NCBI GenBank assembly: GCA_002633005.1
Contig: NMRA01000030.1
Location: 1,399,801 to 1,463,800 of the forward strand
Direction of reading: 5' to 3'
Length of the DNA: 64,000 nt
DNA from: Phoronis australis
Taxonomy: Eukaryota; Animalia; Phoronida
Under the pieces are notes generated by a model that saw only the letters and a list, made by a program, of their open reading frames with translations, searched no databases and was not told the DNA's origin. Shown here one piece after another: positions 47,578 to 58,460 of the stretch (position 1 is the stretch's first letter; each line of letters opens with the position of its first letter). Position numbers and translations under genes: made by a program.

Positions 47578-49379
47578 ATGTACATATGGTGAAACTGGTT
47601 GCTGCAACGGCATTGATGCATCGTGAGGTGAAAACATCAGGCATCCTGTCGAAAGTGCATTTTCCACACCCCAAACATTTTTACAACCCACTTGATACTT
47701 TGTGGGTGGCGTTGTAACACCTTCTGCTGCGTTCTGGGGGAGGGGAACTGGATTGGAATCAGAATCCATGGTTTTGAGGGATACATGCGCTACCGCCTCG
47801 CAATGCACCATCGGTTACAGCATTGCTTAAACAAGCACGGCACTCGGCTAACTCGGCTAACTTGAGTCGTGTGTTGAATCCCGGCGCCCAACGTCTCACC
47901 TCATGAAGAAATAAAGTGTCGGCATCCGAACTACATCAGATAGTCAGAGGGTGGAATCCCTATAGCTATTTACAAACAGATGCGGCGCTATAATGGGCAC
48001 AAATGTTCTTTTAACTGCAACCACTACCTTGGGGAATCCGACAGGAGTGAACACGATTCCCCGTTCTTTGTTCTGTGTCACAGAATTGCACTATTGCGTC
48101 GGTGCAGAACGCTTGCTAGTCCTCGAGAAACTGCGTGGACTGATCTTGAAATTGACATTGCGCTGAAACCACGTGCATTAGCGAATACCACCTGAAAACA
48201 CTCTGTGGAGAAACATCATAGAGCAAGTGCCACCGTAAGAGCTACTGGCAAAATTGAGGGCCTTTTGATAGTTTGCTCAATCATACCAAGTCTTTCGCGC
48301 ACGGTCACCATAATTCTTCTACCAATTCGGTATTTCTGCAGAACATCTTCGACGTACATGTCAAGTGGAATGAACCTATCTTGGAAAACGAAACGCTGCA
48401 ATTCCGGTCGTCTTGTCACCACCGCATGTACACCGTCATGCTGTACCTCTGGGCACAGTGCGCGCACGGTGAGTACATAGAACTCTGGTCTAGAGCTCTA
48501 TCAAAGATTTTATAGTTGATATAGTATCTTTGGTTCTATGGCGAGTAAAATTGGACGACGCTTTTAATTATGTCACTTCTAGCTTATCATAACACAGCTC
48601 AATGAAAAATCTTTAAAATGATTGAGAGAACTCAAATCAACACCGCATGTTGTCCCTCCTCAGCGAGACACTGTGTTCCCGAGCGGGAAATATCTTTAAA
48701 AGGGAAGGCAACCATTTCGTGTCGTTTTTAGTAAAAATACGGTTCGTTGATTATCCCAGACATATGCTTCAGTTAATTACGGCTTCCCGTAATTTTATTA
48801 ATTAGTCGTGCACATCTCCGGAAGCGACTGTTAGGGGGTTAAGAATTTCCCGCCATTTCCTTTCTAGTGCTTTCGAGTTACTGTGAGGATCTGTTCTGCT
48901 GTTGCTTTTATGCTAGTTTCCTAAAGTTGTCGTCACCACTTCCCATCAACGAATGTTCTACGACAAGCTAGGTTGTTAGAGAACTGGATTTAAGGATATC
49001 TCCAACCTTATTCACAAAAATTGGCCATTTTTACAATATTTCACTTGTGTCTAGTAAAATAACATATCTTCATATACCGCGTAGCGAGAAAAAAGATTTA
49101 GCAGAACCACCTTGGAACCACACAACCGCGTGGATATGTTTACTACTTATCCAAGGCCTCTGTGTTCATGAACACAGGAAGTTGTGAAAAGAGATAAATC
49201 CTCATCCTAATTAATTAATTCAATTAATTAGTTGATGTTTCGATCTCATGCTAACGACATACTTTAACCACCGATTCTATTTTTGTAATCCATTTCTTAC
49301 TTGGTTTCGTATCAGTCTCCCAGCACTAGGTCGTAAATAACAGAAAAAGTTGGCTGGGAACAATACGTCTATTTGAGGT

Positions 49380-49701
49380 TTTAATGATAATTAAGTTCTC
49401 GAAAACGGCTACATGGATTTCGCTGAAACTTTACAAACTTAATATTTAGTCAATCTCAAAAACACTGTTAGGATTTTTGATATAAAGGCCTAGTTTTTGC
49501 GTAATGTGACAAAGACGAATACGACTACAATTTTTTACAAAATAGCTTACGTTTTGCGAGTTGATTTGTCATTAACACCAAACGAACAGATTAATCGAAA
49601 ATTCCTAACAGAGTTTTTGAGGTAACTGGTGAAGTTTTCATTTAAAAATGTTTCATTAAAATCGACCGAGGGGTTATTTTGCTATGAACGTACCTGTCTT
49701 A
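49380..49701. mobile_element. Nested MITE-like fragment ending GTACCTGTC|TTAA with internal inverted repeats
   Basis: CTCAAAAACACTGTTAGGATTTT (~49455) versus AAAATTCCTAACAGAGTTTTTGAG (~49598); only one terminus is visible. Confidence 0.4.
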
Positions 49702-49949
49702 AAAATGAATTTTTGACTTAAAAATAATAATGGCACATAAATACAAAAAGTATATTTATATTTCCTGGTCTCCTTAAGAATCTTTTAGATTGTAGTAGCA
49801 GTGGGTGGATATATGTTTGAGCCCGAGTATAGTGAGGCAGAATACAGACAGCTGTTGAGGTATGAAGCTGAGGACTGAGGACAGACGTAGTAGGACGTCT
49901 TGGAGAATATGCAAGGTGTGCGCTGTTATGCTGACCTATGCTGTTCCCA

Positions 49950-50649
49950 CTGGATGGTGACCCGAGCACCCAAACCGCTTACATCCTGCCGTGCGGCCCT
50001 CGCCACACACCTGTGATCTTCTAAATAGGTCCAATATTTTAGTCAAGTCCACAATAAACTGATCAAAGATTGGCTCACCGGCCTGATCACTGGACGACGA
50101 ACTGTCCTCCCAACGGGTGTTGAATCTGGTCTGTATTCACTCCCACTACTCAACATCGCTGCAGGGTTGCTTATAGACTCTGGGCTGGAGACAACACCAG
50201 TGTAGGGCGAATCACTGCTAGTACCCGGAATTGCACGCTCTGGGGGTACGTTCGGAGGCAGGGGTGACAGTACATGAAGCGCTTCCAGTCACTGTAAAGG
50301 CCACAGCTCGTGAGGTTACTCGCTTCAAAAACGCACTCTTCGGGGGTAGCGACGGGGCACTGTCAGGAATCAACAGCGACAGTATGGCACCTTTCGACAG
50401 GTGTTGTTTTGCAGGATTCTTCGTCAATTCCGTGTACACATCTCTCTCGTAATCCAATGGCAGAAATTGCTTGCCACACACTGGGTAATTCTCCACTGCT
50501 TTGTACGTTGCGTTGGCGGTAACACTGCGTTCTTCACACGAACGAGCCAAGTACGACGGAGAGTGTCATCTTTCACAAAGCCGTGTAAGGGCATACCCAA
50601 AGTGCGCGAGACGATGAGTACAACCCGGTATGCAGCAACCGTGCGGCAT
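49950..50649 (-). pseudogene. Kolobok THAP transposase 5' fragment, frameshifted
   Basis: Fragments LHGFVKDDTLRRTWLVRVKN and YPVCGKQFLPLDYERDVYTELTKNPAKQHLSKGAILSL are homologous to the 9245-9997 remnant. Confidence 0.75.
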
Positions 50650-50916
50650 GTTGACCGACTCCTAAACAAACGCAAACGACAACCGAACTTTCTACAACCG
50701 AGGTAAACAATGACTGATTCGACAGGTCAAACAGTCAGACTACATGAAAACAAAATGGCGGGAAATTCTTAACCCCCTAAACGTCACTTCCGGAGGAAGA
50801 CACGACTAATTAATAAAATTACGTTAAGCCGTTTCTTACTGAAAAAATGTGTCTGGGATAACCAACGAACCGTATTTTACTAAAAATGACATGAAAAAGA
50901 TTGCCTTCTCCTTTAA

Positions 50917-51668
50917 CATCTGCTCCTAGGAGCAGCTCCACAATTCGGGGCATGTCCGAAACTCGTCATCCGTTGTCACCTTCACAGAAATATAATAGCA
51001 CAAATTTAACAAAGATCCTGCAGAGGATTTAGGAGATATAGCACTTACGCGAAAAAATCGTTGGACCCGTCCAATACTGAGTCAACCATAGACGTCATCT
51101 TCTCAGTAAAAGCAAATACCAATTTTCGTAGCCTAATTATAGCCGACAGTAAGGCAGACGCCAAAAACACATGGTGCAAAATACATTGAATCCATCTGAA
51201 AACGGGAAGGTGGCGTCGTCTCAGAACATACCTATCAGCCAAATTTCATGACAATCCATGAAGTAACGCCGACGATACATAGGCAAACGCAAAAAAAAAC
51301 AACTAAACTTGTCACTTGGAACACACCGGTAGTGCGATCCGTACGAAAATTCACTCATTTCGTGTGATCCATGGCAGGCATATAGTAGCAAAATTTCACG
51401 AACATCCATCAAGGACATTTGAAGATACAACAGCGGACGCCAGACAGGTATTATGGCATAAATGCCCCCACAAATTAGATGTAAGCGCATAAAAACTAAC
51501 ATTGCAATTACTCATTAGGGAGCACATCGGTAGTCGGATTCCTTCGAAAATTAGCTCGTGCCGTCCCAACCACGATAAGAACATGTCCGCAAAATTTCAT
51601 GAACATTATCCACGGGCTTTGCAGATACAGCGGCGGACGCCAGATGGACGCCGGCAAAACGGACGTAC

Positions 51669-51669
<1 letters not shown>
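50917..51669 (+). mobile_element. Helentron-associated (HINE/DINE-like) non-autonomous repeat fragments
   Basis: A recurring AAATTT(C)A(T/C)GA...ATCC core (~51002, 51241, 51391, 51591), CGGACG-type microsatellite-like stretches, and a degenerate ATGCCCCC...GCATAAAAA end resemble that repeat class. Confidence 0.45.

Positions 51670-51718
<49 letters not shown>
51670..51718. repeat. (TA)n microsatellite
   Basis: About 24 TA units; a second short (TA)n lies at ~52022-52040. Confidence 0.97.
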
Positions 51719-51721
<3 letters not shown>

Positions 51722-52490
51722 TATAATTTGGCAGTAATCTTTCTCGTATACATATTTCGATAAAAATACGACTTTGATCTGTTTTTACTAATTTAATCTC
51801 AGTTCTTTCCAACTCTCTGAATAGAGATTTTGTCTTTACATCGCAACAGTGCAACAAAAATCCAAACATCAGTAGGGAACATATTTTAAAAAGCGATATT
51901 TCGAGACACGTATCTCATCTTCAGGCTTCTATTACAACTAGTTCACAGAGAAACGCACATAAGAAATGACAAATGCAATATAACACGTGAATTTGGCATG
52001 CGCAACTATGACGAAAAAAACATATATATATATATACATACGTTGCTGTGCAACATAATCTTTAGATCACCGAAATAACGAAAGAGCCCGAGTTCCAGAT
52101 AGCTGCTCGTTCAAACTCGGTTTTTCAAACATTATTAATGTTCGTAACCTATGTACATCATTTTCAGCGAATCTAATGACAATCTCTTGACGAGTTATTT
52201 TGCGACCATGAACATTTTGAAAATAGTCTTTTATGGAACCGTTTTGTAAATGCATTGAAAGTCGCCGTGACAAGGAACACACTGTGTGCCCAATGTAATT
52301 TTGTATTCGATGTGGACGAAAACATTCGAGCGCGGGAAAAATAAACTGATAAACAACATTACATCTAGCAAAAGTGTGGACCTTCTCACGACTAATGTTG
52401 CTTCTCATCACAAAATTAGAGGTCTTCATATTCTTGTAATAAATAATTACATCTAGTCTGTCATTAGGAATAACTCTCGCATAGTAACGT
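51719..52490 (-). mobile_element. Penelope-like retroelement (Naiad-type), 5'-truncated: GIY-YIG C-terminus, UTR with hammerhead, restart of the ORF N-terminus, then (TA)n
   Basis: ORF 52067-52498 reads IIYYKNMKTSNFVMRSN...NVVYQF...YIGHTVCSLSRRLSMHLQNGSIK...PSLNEQ (PLE-type GIY-YIG). 51869-51719 reads MFGFLLHCC...ICIRERLLPNYS and runs into (TA)n. Confidence 0.8.
51889..51930 (-). ncRNA. Minimal type I hammerhead ribozyme motif
   Basis: The minus strand reads AGAAGC-CUGAAGA-U-GAGAUACGUGUCUC-GAAA-UA-UC-GCUUUU: CUGANGA and GAAA cores, a stem II hairpin, a UC cleavage site and stem I AGAAGC/GCUUUU. Stem III is vestigial, as in PLE minimal hammerheads. Confidence 0.75.
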
Positions 52491-52498
52491 CGGCGCAT
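52067..52498 (-). pseudogene. GIY-YIG endonuclease remnant of the Penelope-like element
   Basis: VVY...YIG.T...L..R...H motifs and a terminal P.LN; RT is absent and some expected Cys/His/Glu positions are lost. Confidence 0.75.
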
Positions 52499-53302
52499 AC
52501 TGAAGCACAGAACGTACGGTGCCCGAGCGGGCTATGTGAACACGGGGATGTTTCACAAACTCATGGACATCAAATCCAGAGTGCTTTTACTATCTCCTTG
52601 TCCTCCCTCGCTGAAGCTTATTTTTGCAACAATATTTACTTTTCATCGGTAATAGAACGGCTAGAAATAAGTTTAATTAGAATTGCTTTATAAATGACAA
52701 GAAATGTTTATGTCTAGCAGGTGTACATTTTCTCCCACCCTGTGGAAATCAAGCCCAGGTCTTCCGAGCTACACGAACAGGTTACATAGATGAACAGATT
52801 AGCTCTTAAATGTAGATGTTGGTGTGACGGATCACACATATCTAAAACACATGTCGTAACAGTCTAAACAATTACATTGTCTACGGAACACATAAGACCA
52901 GTTGAATTCAAACATGCACGATTCAAAATACGTAAAAAGTGACATCGACAGAGGAGTCGTGGGACACTTCCCCTTGCAGATAACAATGCCAATTCATTCA
53001 ACCCCTCAAATGTTAATAGAGAACTTTATCGTCATGTTTACATCAAAAAACCTTTTCGGGGTTGTGGACAGCATCATTAAATTACCGAGACTTCAAAAAT
53101 TGACATTTGAAAAGATATTGCATGTTCTTAATCGGTTTTTATTGAGTTGGAATTATTTTGATGTTAGTCAAACAAGCTATCAACTGCAAAAAACACAAAC
53201 AGTGACGAAATCTCAAAAGACAAATATTTAATTCATTTTGACTTCCAATGGCAGAATGCATCACGTTGAAGATTGGTGAAAAGAAAGTCCCCAAGTTATG
53301 TA

Positions 53303-53528
53303 TAGGGCTTGGAATGACCAATGACAGAAAAGGGAAATTTCCAGGTGATATATCGTTCCACAAATAGGCTTGTGTTGTAAAATTTTACTGACATAAACGT
53401 TTTTGTATGAATAAAGTCAAAATAATTCTAAAAAAGAGACGAAGGAAGAGGAAACTGGAAATCAGAAAAGAGGAAATCAAAACCAAAAATGAGGAAATCC
53501 TCTTAACAGAGGAAAATTCCAAGCCCTG
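53303..53528. mobile_element. hAT-like MITE
   Basis: TIR TAGGGCTTGGAAT / ATTCCAAGCCCTG with subterminal GAGGAAA repeats; no matching 8-bp TSD. Confidence 0.55.
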
Positions 53529-54721
53529 ATATCAACGCCACCTATCCGTCCCACCATCTCGAAACCCACTGTCGTCGTTTATCGCCCCACACAAATTACA
53601 CTCTACAAACCGGTAGAGTAATGACTAACGCAGAGTAAACTCTCTCCACTTTCACTGGCAGGACAAGATTGGTAAGGCGGGACATTGCAGCCTTCACATA
53701 GCTACATTATTCACATTTGAATCAATTACAGGAATACACCTACATGAAGTGTCGACTCCACGAATACACTGCAAGAACAATCATAAAAGGCGACTCAAGA
53801 AACACTGCATTAGGCCCATACTGTGGTAAAATTCCGCGAAAGAAAATAAAAAAGCAGGTACATTTCTTAGCATTTTATACGAAAAGAGACAGGAAGTCTT
53901 GTCACTAAGGCAGTCCATATACTTTAAACTAGCTTTCACAAAGGCATCTACCTGCCGTCTAACGACTAATGAGCATAACAATGAAAATGGGAATATTCTG
54001 GCCAATTACATACGATCATCTTTAGCGAACAGAGGACTTAACGCTTCCTAAAGTAAGCCGCATGCGCCGTCTGTTTAGCGTTCACAAGCGATTTTCTCAA
54101 ACGACGGAACAGACGTGAGATTTGCTTTATGATCGGACGGAACACGAACGCTATAAAACACGCAACATTTAAAATGACCACATCAATTACTGATAAGAAC
54201 AAACCTCGGGTACTGAGGTACTGAGGGGAAAAGACTCGTGTACCATTTCATGAATGGAATGGACGGTCCTTCAAACAGTGCAATTAATGCGAACAGTAAG
54301 AGGAGATGGGGGAAGTGACTCTCGACTAATCATGGTGCCACTGATGCCACATTTCATCTATCAACATAACAGCAAAACACACAAGCCAGCATATCCGAAC
54401 AATTACACGGGCGGCGCACCATAGGGGGCTATAGCCATGCATCCACTTCTTCAATGCTTCGCCACGCATGAATTAGTAAAACACCAACGTCATCGACTGC
54501 AGTTAAAACTAAGCAATCATGTTTGTAGTGCAAATTCCTGTCAGAATAAATGTAATTTACAAAGCAATTATTTTAGTAAAAATCTCTAAAACGACAACAG
54601 ATCTTTCGCCCAAAGCAGCCTTTGCAATGTATCGTATATAACATCCAAATACAGAACGAAGTCCACGCGCTAGATAGCGACACCTATTAACGCTGAGGCG
54701 ACAAGCTGTATGCAAATTTAA

Positions 54722-56771
54722 AGGAGAATGCCACCCGATTTAACTAGTCTTTGCGGCCGTCTTAATCGGTCTATATCCAGATCACCTCGTATACGGTCGA
54801 TCTTACCTCACCGAGGTGTCGCGTTAACCTGTGAGGAAGGTGAGAAACGACGCACCGACCTCAGTGGTTCATCTGGAGATTGAGTGCCGTTATGATGTAC
54901 TTTTGGTGTATCGTTCCCGCTTGTGCTAACTATGGAGCTGTGAGGAAAACGGGTATTTTTTCGACTTTCTCGTGAGCCCATAACTTTCGGAAGTGGCTCG
55001 CAGAAGTGAAGAATGAAAAGTGCGCCGTTAACACCAATTAATTAAGTACGAGGCCGTGAAACCTCTCCGCGACTGCCAAAGGCAGACATTTAGTCGACAG
55101 TGATTTTACTGACGACCGAATGCCAGCTTACCAAACAGCTCACGTCAGGGCAGAAAAAGAAACTTGAGGCTTTAGTCAGATGTTATACATGTGTGTTTGC
55201 GTTTGACAGGCAGGAGACAAAGAAACGCGGATCGGTTGTCGATTTTTGATTACGGAGAATTGTAGATGGCCATGAAAAGCTACAATGCGTCAAAACATAA
55301 GGTTTTAAATGGCCTGTTTGATGACTGCCTCGCTCGTCAGGCTTCTGTTTGATCCTCTGGGTGTATCAGTGAGGTTTTCGCCAGTTCTTCTAATCGGCCA
55401 AAAACGTCGTAAGCACATCTCTGTTAAGATGCGGTGCAAAATCAAGATGGTCCGTGAGACACAACTGCTCTTCTCTAACAAGGCGTTTCACTTGCGCAAT
55501 TTCGTGGCAGTAAACGCAAGCCTCAGTCGTTTCCATTATCGTGACACACCATGACAAGACATTCAAACGGTTTTCGGAACTATTCATGTGCTCCGTTGTC
55601 TGTGCACGTTCACGGAGCCTCTCTAGTATTTCTTGATCAGTAGTATTCCAGTTCAAACTGATAGCCTCTGAAATCTAACGATCGACCTTTGAAATCTTCG
55701 TCGGATGAGCACTCGTCTAAGTCGCCTTTGCCAGTTGCCACATTGACGTTATTGTGTATTCCGTTTCAAAATGAATTATTCTTACCCTAACCAATGCTTA
55801 TATAAAACTGAAATATAGTATGTCTCATTAGATACAATTTGTAATGCCTTGGGAGTGTACGCGAGTGCAAACGTTTTGAAAAGCCAGCAATAAATAAATC
55901 ACTGCGTTACCAGGTTTAGATTCAATACACTAGGGACCGGGCACCGAGGCCGTGTGAGCGCATGCTAAATCAGTGTTTGCTGTTGTGAAACAAAAACTCG
56001 ATATTATACCATATTGTCAGATCTTAGGAGAATCTTTATTTAGATATTCATGTACGTTATTCGAATCATTGTTACTGTACAACTTTTGCTCGGACGATTC
56101 TGTGGAAAGGTAACCTCAATTCGAGGCCCGGCCCGACGAGTTAGTAAGTAGATTTGCAGTTTCGCGGCAAATTCACCAAAACAATCAAGTGCACATTGTT
56201 TCTTTAGCTCAAAAGTATAGTTTTTTCGTCACTGGAAGTTTAGCTTCCAACTCTGGCTGGTTTCATGATGTCTTCAGTCCAGCCGCGATGGGCCTGCCGG
56301 GTTCCGAACCACTGGCCGGGATAGCAAGCGTTTTGAACAGACAGAAATCGCAAGTCTAAAATTACAACACGCATCTATGTTCTCCTGTCTGTATTTCACG
56401 GACGAATAATTCGAATTAATCACCGAACAGACCCCAACTCCCGAGACCGACCTTGGTAAATTTGCCTAAAAATCCGTAACAGTGAAATAAAACAACACAT
56501 TTGTTCAATAAATCGATGTATTTGTAAGGGTTTTACATCGAATTTTGATGATTTATTGGTGTAAAACGATAAAATAAAGCGAAAAGCTGACACCAGTAAG
56601 CGTGCTGCGAATTGCTAATAGGCTGCGTTCGAACCTCTGAGGTTATTGGTTAATTTCAACAACTCCGTCTGCCGTCATGTGTCAGGTAACAGCGCTGTAC
56701 CTGCTGTTATCGAGTGGAACTACTCCATCTGAATTGATACAAAATAGCTTGTTTTTGGGGTGGCATTTCCT
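54722..56771. mobile_element. Kolobok-type element (different family) retaining the second ORF (KolX-like)
   Basis: Left end TTAA|AGGAGAATGCCACCC; right end GGGTGGCATT-TCCT|ATAA (one deletion in the TIR, one mismatch in the TSD); encloses a Cys-rich P2X7-C-terminus-like remnant. Confidence 0.65.
55330..55720 (-). pseudogene. KolX / P2X7 cytoplasmic-ballast-like (nanor-like) Cys-rich ORF remnant
   Basis: ENRLNVLSWC..IMETTEACVYCHEIAQVKRLVREEQLCLTDHLDFAPHLNRDVLTTF matches the pattern R.....WC.C..C..M.T..E..CC.E.........C.T.H..F....LN..VL, with part of the first Cys cluster deleted; a stop and a frameshift follow. Confidence 0.65.
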
Positions 56772-57029
56772 ATAAATGGCCCCCAACGTAGAAATGGCAT
56801 ATAATCTGAGAAAGACAAAAGCTACAGATACAGATACATGTTCGTACACAGGTGGTGCAACTGGCCACAAATGCTCGTACTGCTGTAAATAAAAAACTTT
56901 GAAAACGTTGAGCCCACGAAATCCAGTCAGTAACCAAGGAAACAGTGTGAATAAGGTAAGCTGCGTTATCAATTAATCAGACTCACCCTTGACATACAAG
57001 GCAACAAACTCTTGATACATCGCTTCATG

Positions 57030-57360
57030 AAGTGACCCAATACACGAAAGGACTTCTAGCGACCCTAGACGGAAAGTCAGACGCAACTGAAGTACAACGT
57101 GACCCCATAGACGGCATAGCAGAAATTCGCCGGACCCCAAACGCGGGAGTTCAAGTGACTCCACAGACGAAGGGCGGTTCCATGGCCTTCATACAAAGGA
57201 GTGGTTCCATAGGCAGGAACACCCCGGGAGGCCAGAATTTCACGGAACCCGATGCAACGGGAAACAAGAGTTCAAGTGACCCTAGGACTGGACGACCGCT
57301 TAGACAGTTCACGGACACCATACACTGAACAACAGGAGTTCAACTGACCCTATAGAGGGG
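57030..57360. repeat. Degenerate repeat with recurring GAGTTCAAGTGACCC-like motif
   Basis: Clear copies near 57147, 57268 and 57336, with weaker GTGACCC variants near 57032, 57059 and 57098; spacing is irregular. Confidence 0.5.
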
Positions 57361-57843
57361 TAGGACAAGCGATCATGACACCAGCTGCATGTGAATCCCC
57401 CTTCTACCAGAAAGGAAACATTTTGTACACCAATATGATTTCGATGCATCTTGAAGGGCATTTCCCTGGAAAGTTTGCAAGTTGAAAGCAGCAGATGGAG
57501 GAGAGGAATGGCTCATTGAAAAAAAGCATGCTGGTATGGAATGAGGAACATTCTACAGTATTCAGTTAAATTTACACAACAACTATTTAATTTGTACTTT
57601 ATTAAAATCAAAGACAACATAGTGACATTCTAAAACATTAAAAGCTAACATACAAACTACTTGGAACCAAGTTCATCCTCAAATTTTTAAGGTAATACTA
57701 GCATGTTATTAACTGTACTTTTTCCTAGGTAAAGGAGACAGCAACTCTTCAATGGAAGTGTTTGCAAACTTGGCATACAATACAACATATTCTGATTACC
57801 AGAACACTGGCCAAGAAACAATTTGAAAGAACAAAGTTGATAA

Positions 57844-58460
57844 TTAGATATATTTCGTTCTGTTCAATGCTCTATCAGCGAAACTGTCATCTGTCATTCT
57901 CTCCCAGTCGGTCATAGTCTGCCCGACTACAAATCCTATCTCACGCTGTCTCATTTGCATCTTCCGCTCTTCGATATCTGCCCAACGAACCTACAACCAG
58001 AAAAAATAAAAATAAGGATAACAAGTATTCTTTGGAAACTACAGTGTACTGCTGAATACAAAATGAAAATGAGTACAGGGTAATTTAACATTTAAGTCAT
58101 CGAATGGTATGTCAAGGTATCTAAATAAGATAATAAGTGGAAAGGCTTGTTACAAAAATCCAGTCTACACAGCCATGATATTACATGATACAAACATGAA
58201 TATTGACAGGCTACACTGTAGTAACTTGTAGAGGAACTTTACAGAAAAAAACAACTACTAAGAAATATGCAAGAGTTTCCTAGTACCCTCTTCTGGCCAG
58301 GTAGCGATGTCCTGCTGTCATAATCGTCAGTGAGCTGTAGATACTCATCCATGGTCTGATGTGAATGACCGCCTCTGCGGCCATGAACAATCAGACCATC
58401 CAGCTTGTCCAGTTTAGTTTCAGACACATCAAGCTCCCACTTGGACTTCTTCAGGTGCGC
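57844..58460 (-). CDS. YLPM1: YLP motif-containing protein 1 (ZAP3), last two coding exons: 58460-58287 and 57990-57844
   Basis: The spliced translation AHLKKSKWELDVSETKLDKLDGL...MDEYLQLTDDYDSRTSLPGQKR|VRWADIEERKMQMRQREIGFVVGQTMTDWERMTDDSFADRALNRTKYI* matches the recalled YLPM1 C-terminus, including the KRVRW PP1-docking (RVxF-type) motif. Phase-0 GT-AG intron; candidate AATAAA on the minus strand at 57598-57603. Upstream exons were not recognised in the window. Confidence 0.92.

Larger units (their letters stand above)
48700..50912 (-). mobile_element. Kolobok DNA transposon deletion derivative, related to 8927-10263
   Basis: TTAA TSD (48696-48699, 50913-50916); termini AAGGGAAGGCAAC...ATTGCCTTCTCCT; ~165-bp TIRs. 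About 49950-50912 aligns by eye with 9290-10263. Confidence 0.85.
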
